Shown in pieces: positions 63,235-64,000 of a stretch of DNA of 64,000 nucleotides (position 1 is the first letter of the stretch; each line of letters starts with the position of its first letter). Under the pieces are notes generated by a model. It did no database searches and was not told the origin of the DNA. It worked only from the letters and a program-made list of their open reading frames with translations. The translations under genes were made by a program, and so were the position numbers. The stretch spans positions 23,452-87,451 of the IMG/VR virus record IMGVR_UViG_3300037502_000580; one strand, given 5' to 3'. This DNA is from a virus.

Positions 63235-63519
63235 CTACTCCTTCACTGGTTGACGTTCGGCCCACATGTTCATGCAGGTCTGCTCCAATTCTAAACTGGG
63301 TGGGTTAGTCTTGATTGCATCCTTCAGCCCCATGCGGTACGCCTCTACAACATCTTTCGGCATATGCACTGCGCTAGGATCTGGGGAGGCTGTCAGTCGG
63401 TCAAACACAAGCACCACCAACAGCATGACCATAGCGCCCAAGGCGGCACCCATCCAGTACGACCCGTTCTGTATTCGTTGAGTGTTAAAAATTTGATGTC
63501 CGTTGCTGAACTCATCCAT
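63235..63519 (-). CDS. Single-TM membrane protein
   Basis: Hydrophobic helix; AGGAG RBS. Confidence 0.65.
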   Translation of the reverse strand: MDEFSNGHQIFNTQRIQNGSYWMGAALGAMVMLLVVLVFDRLTASPDPSAVHMPKDVVEAYRMGLKDAIKTNPPSLELEQTCMNMWAERQPVKE

Positions 63520-63682
63520 TGTTCTTCTCCTTTGGGTATTCCGTCCACGCGCCGGGCCGTTCTCCGCTAACCATCAGCTTTGGTAACGTCAGCGTTTGAA
63601 TTAGTAGCGCATTTTGTTTGACGATCATCGTGTTGATTTCAAGAATTCTTTGTATCTGGTCTTGCGTCATGGACTCATCCAC
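63512..63682 (-). CDS. Small hypothetical protein (not in ORF track)
   Basis: Hand translation MDESMTQDQIQRILEIN...; AGGAG RBS. Confidence 0.5.
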   Translation of the reverse strand: MDESMTQDQIQRILEINTMIVKQNALLIQTLTLPKLMVSGERPGAWTEYPKEKNNG

Positions 63683-64000
63683 CGTTCTTCTCCTTTAGTT
63701 TGGCTTCGACGGCTTCAATCAAATAAACACCCCAATCCCTAGTCCTTAATAATTCCTCATAATCATCATCAGTCAGCCCAACCCATTCACGCTTTGGTGG
63801 TGCGGTGTAGAGGGGCACTGTGTGGTGCAGGTCAGGACCTGTCCGCACTTTCATGTCAAAGTTTTGCAGGTCGAATGAATTGGCCCACGCCACCGGCTCA
63901 TGTTCATCTTTTACGATTTCATCAACACGTTCTTGTGATGTGTCGTCGGCATCGACAAGTGCTTGGCGTAAAACGGCAATGGCTTCACCGTAGTAATTTT
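63675..64000 (-). CDS. Hypothetical phage protein, 5' truncated (PLYTAPP.REWVGLT...EAKLKEKN type)
   Basis: Common mosaic phage accessory motif; runs off the window. Confidence 0.65.
   Translation of the reverse strand, partial: NYYGEAIAVLRQALVDADDTSQERVDEIVKDEHEPVAWANSFDLQNFDMKVRTGPDLHHTVPLYTAPPKREWVGLTDDDYEELLRTRDWGVYLIEAVEAKLKEKNGG

Larger units (their letters stand above)
1..64000. mobile_element. Tailed bacteriophage genome segment (podovirus-like, P22/T7-type short-tail gene order)
   Basis: Contiguous terminase-portal-scaffold-capsid-adaptor-nozzle-ejection gene block, lysis genes and phage replication genes; no host housekeeping genes; no tape measure, sheath or integrase seen. Confidence 0.95.

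Overview
The whole window is part of a tailed dsDNA phage genome, probably a podovirus-like lytic phage of a Proteobacterium, and both ends are cut mid-gene. There are three blocks. (1) 1-13.7 kb, minus strand: an early/accessory arm with small wHTH proteins, a Rap1a-like protein, a VRR-NUC nuclease, a MoxR-type AAA+ ATPase with a metallopeptidase-vWA partner, an HNH-like protein and a duplicated unknown gene. (2) 14.0-56.1 kb, plus strand: packaging and virion genes (terminases, portal, GroES-like, scaffold, Mu-gpT-like capsid, small basic proteins, adaptors, fibres, lysis genes, nozzle, ejection proteins and a 2395-aa polyvalent protein). (3) 56.2-64 kb, minus strand: replication genes (primase-DUF927 helicase, SSB-like, SNF2 helicase, HNH, DUF3310). 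The most striking unexplained signal is in the early arm. Twenty perfect copies of the 15-bp palindrome YGTCAC-N3-GTGACR lie between 2.56 and 13.72 kb, nine of them inside coding sequence, and I found none by eye elsewhere. The same arm is driven by 4-5 promoters matching the sigmaE/AlgU (ECF) consensus GGAACTT-N16-GTCyAA. It also carries a tandem-duplicated cassette encoding two unknown proteins about 70% identical, next to an AT-rich nested inverted repeat. Several structured RNA candidates and a 31-bp tandem repeat in front of the endolysin are also visible. I saw no integrase, reverse transcriptase, CRISPR array, tRNA or DNA polymerase. All family assignments come from motif recognition, not database searches.
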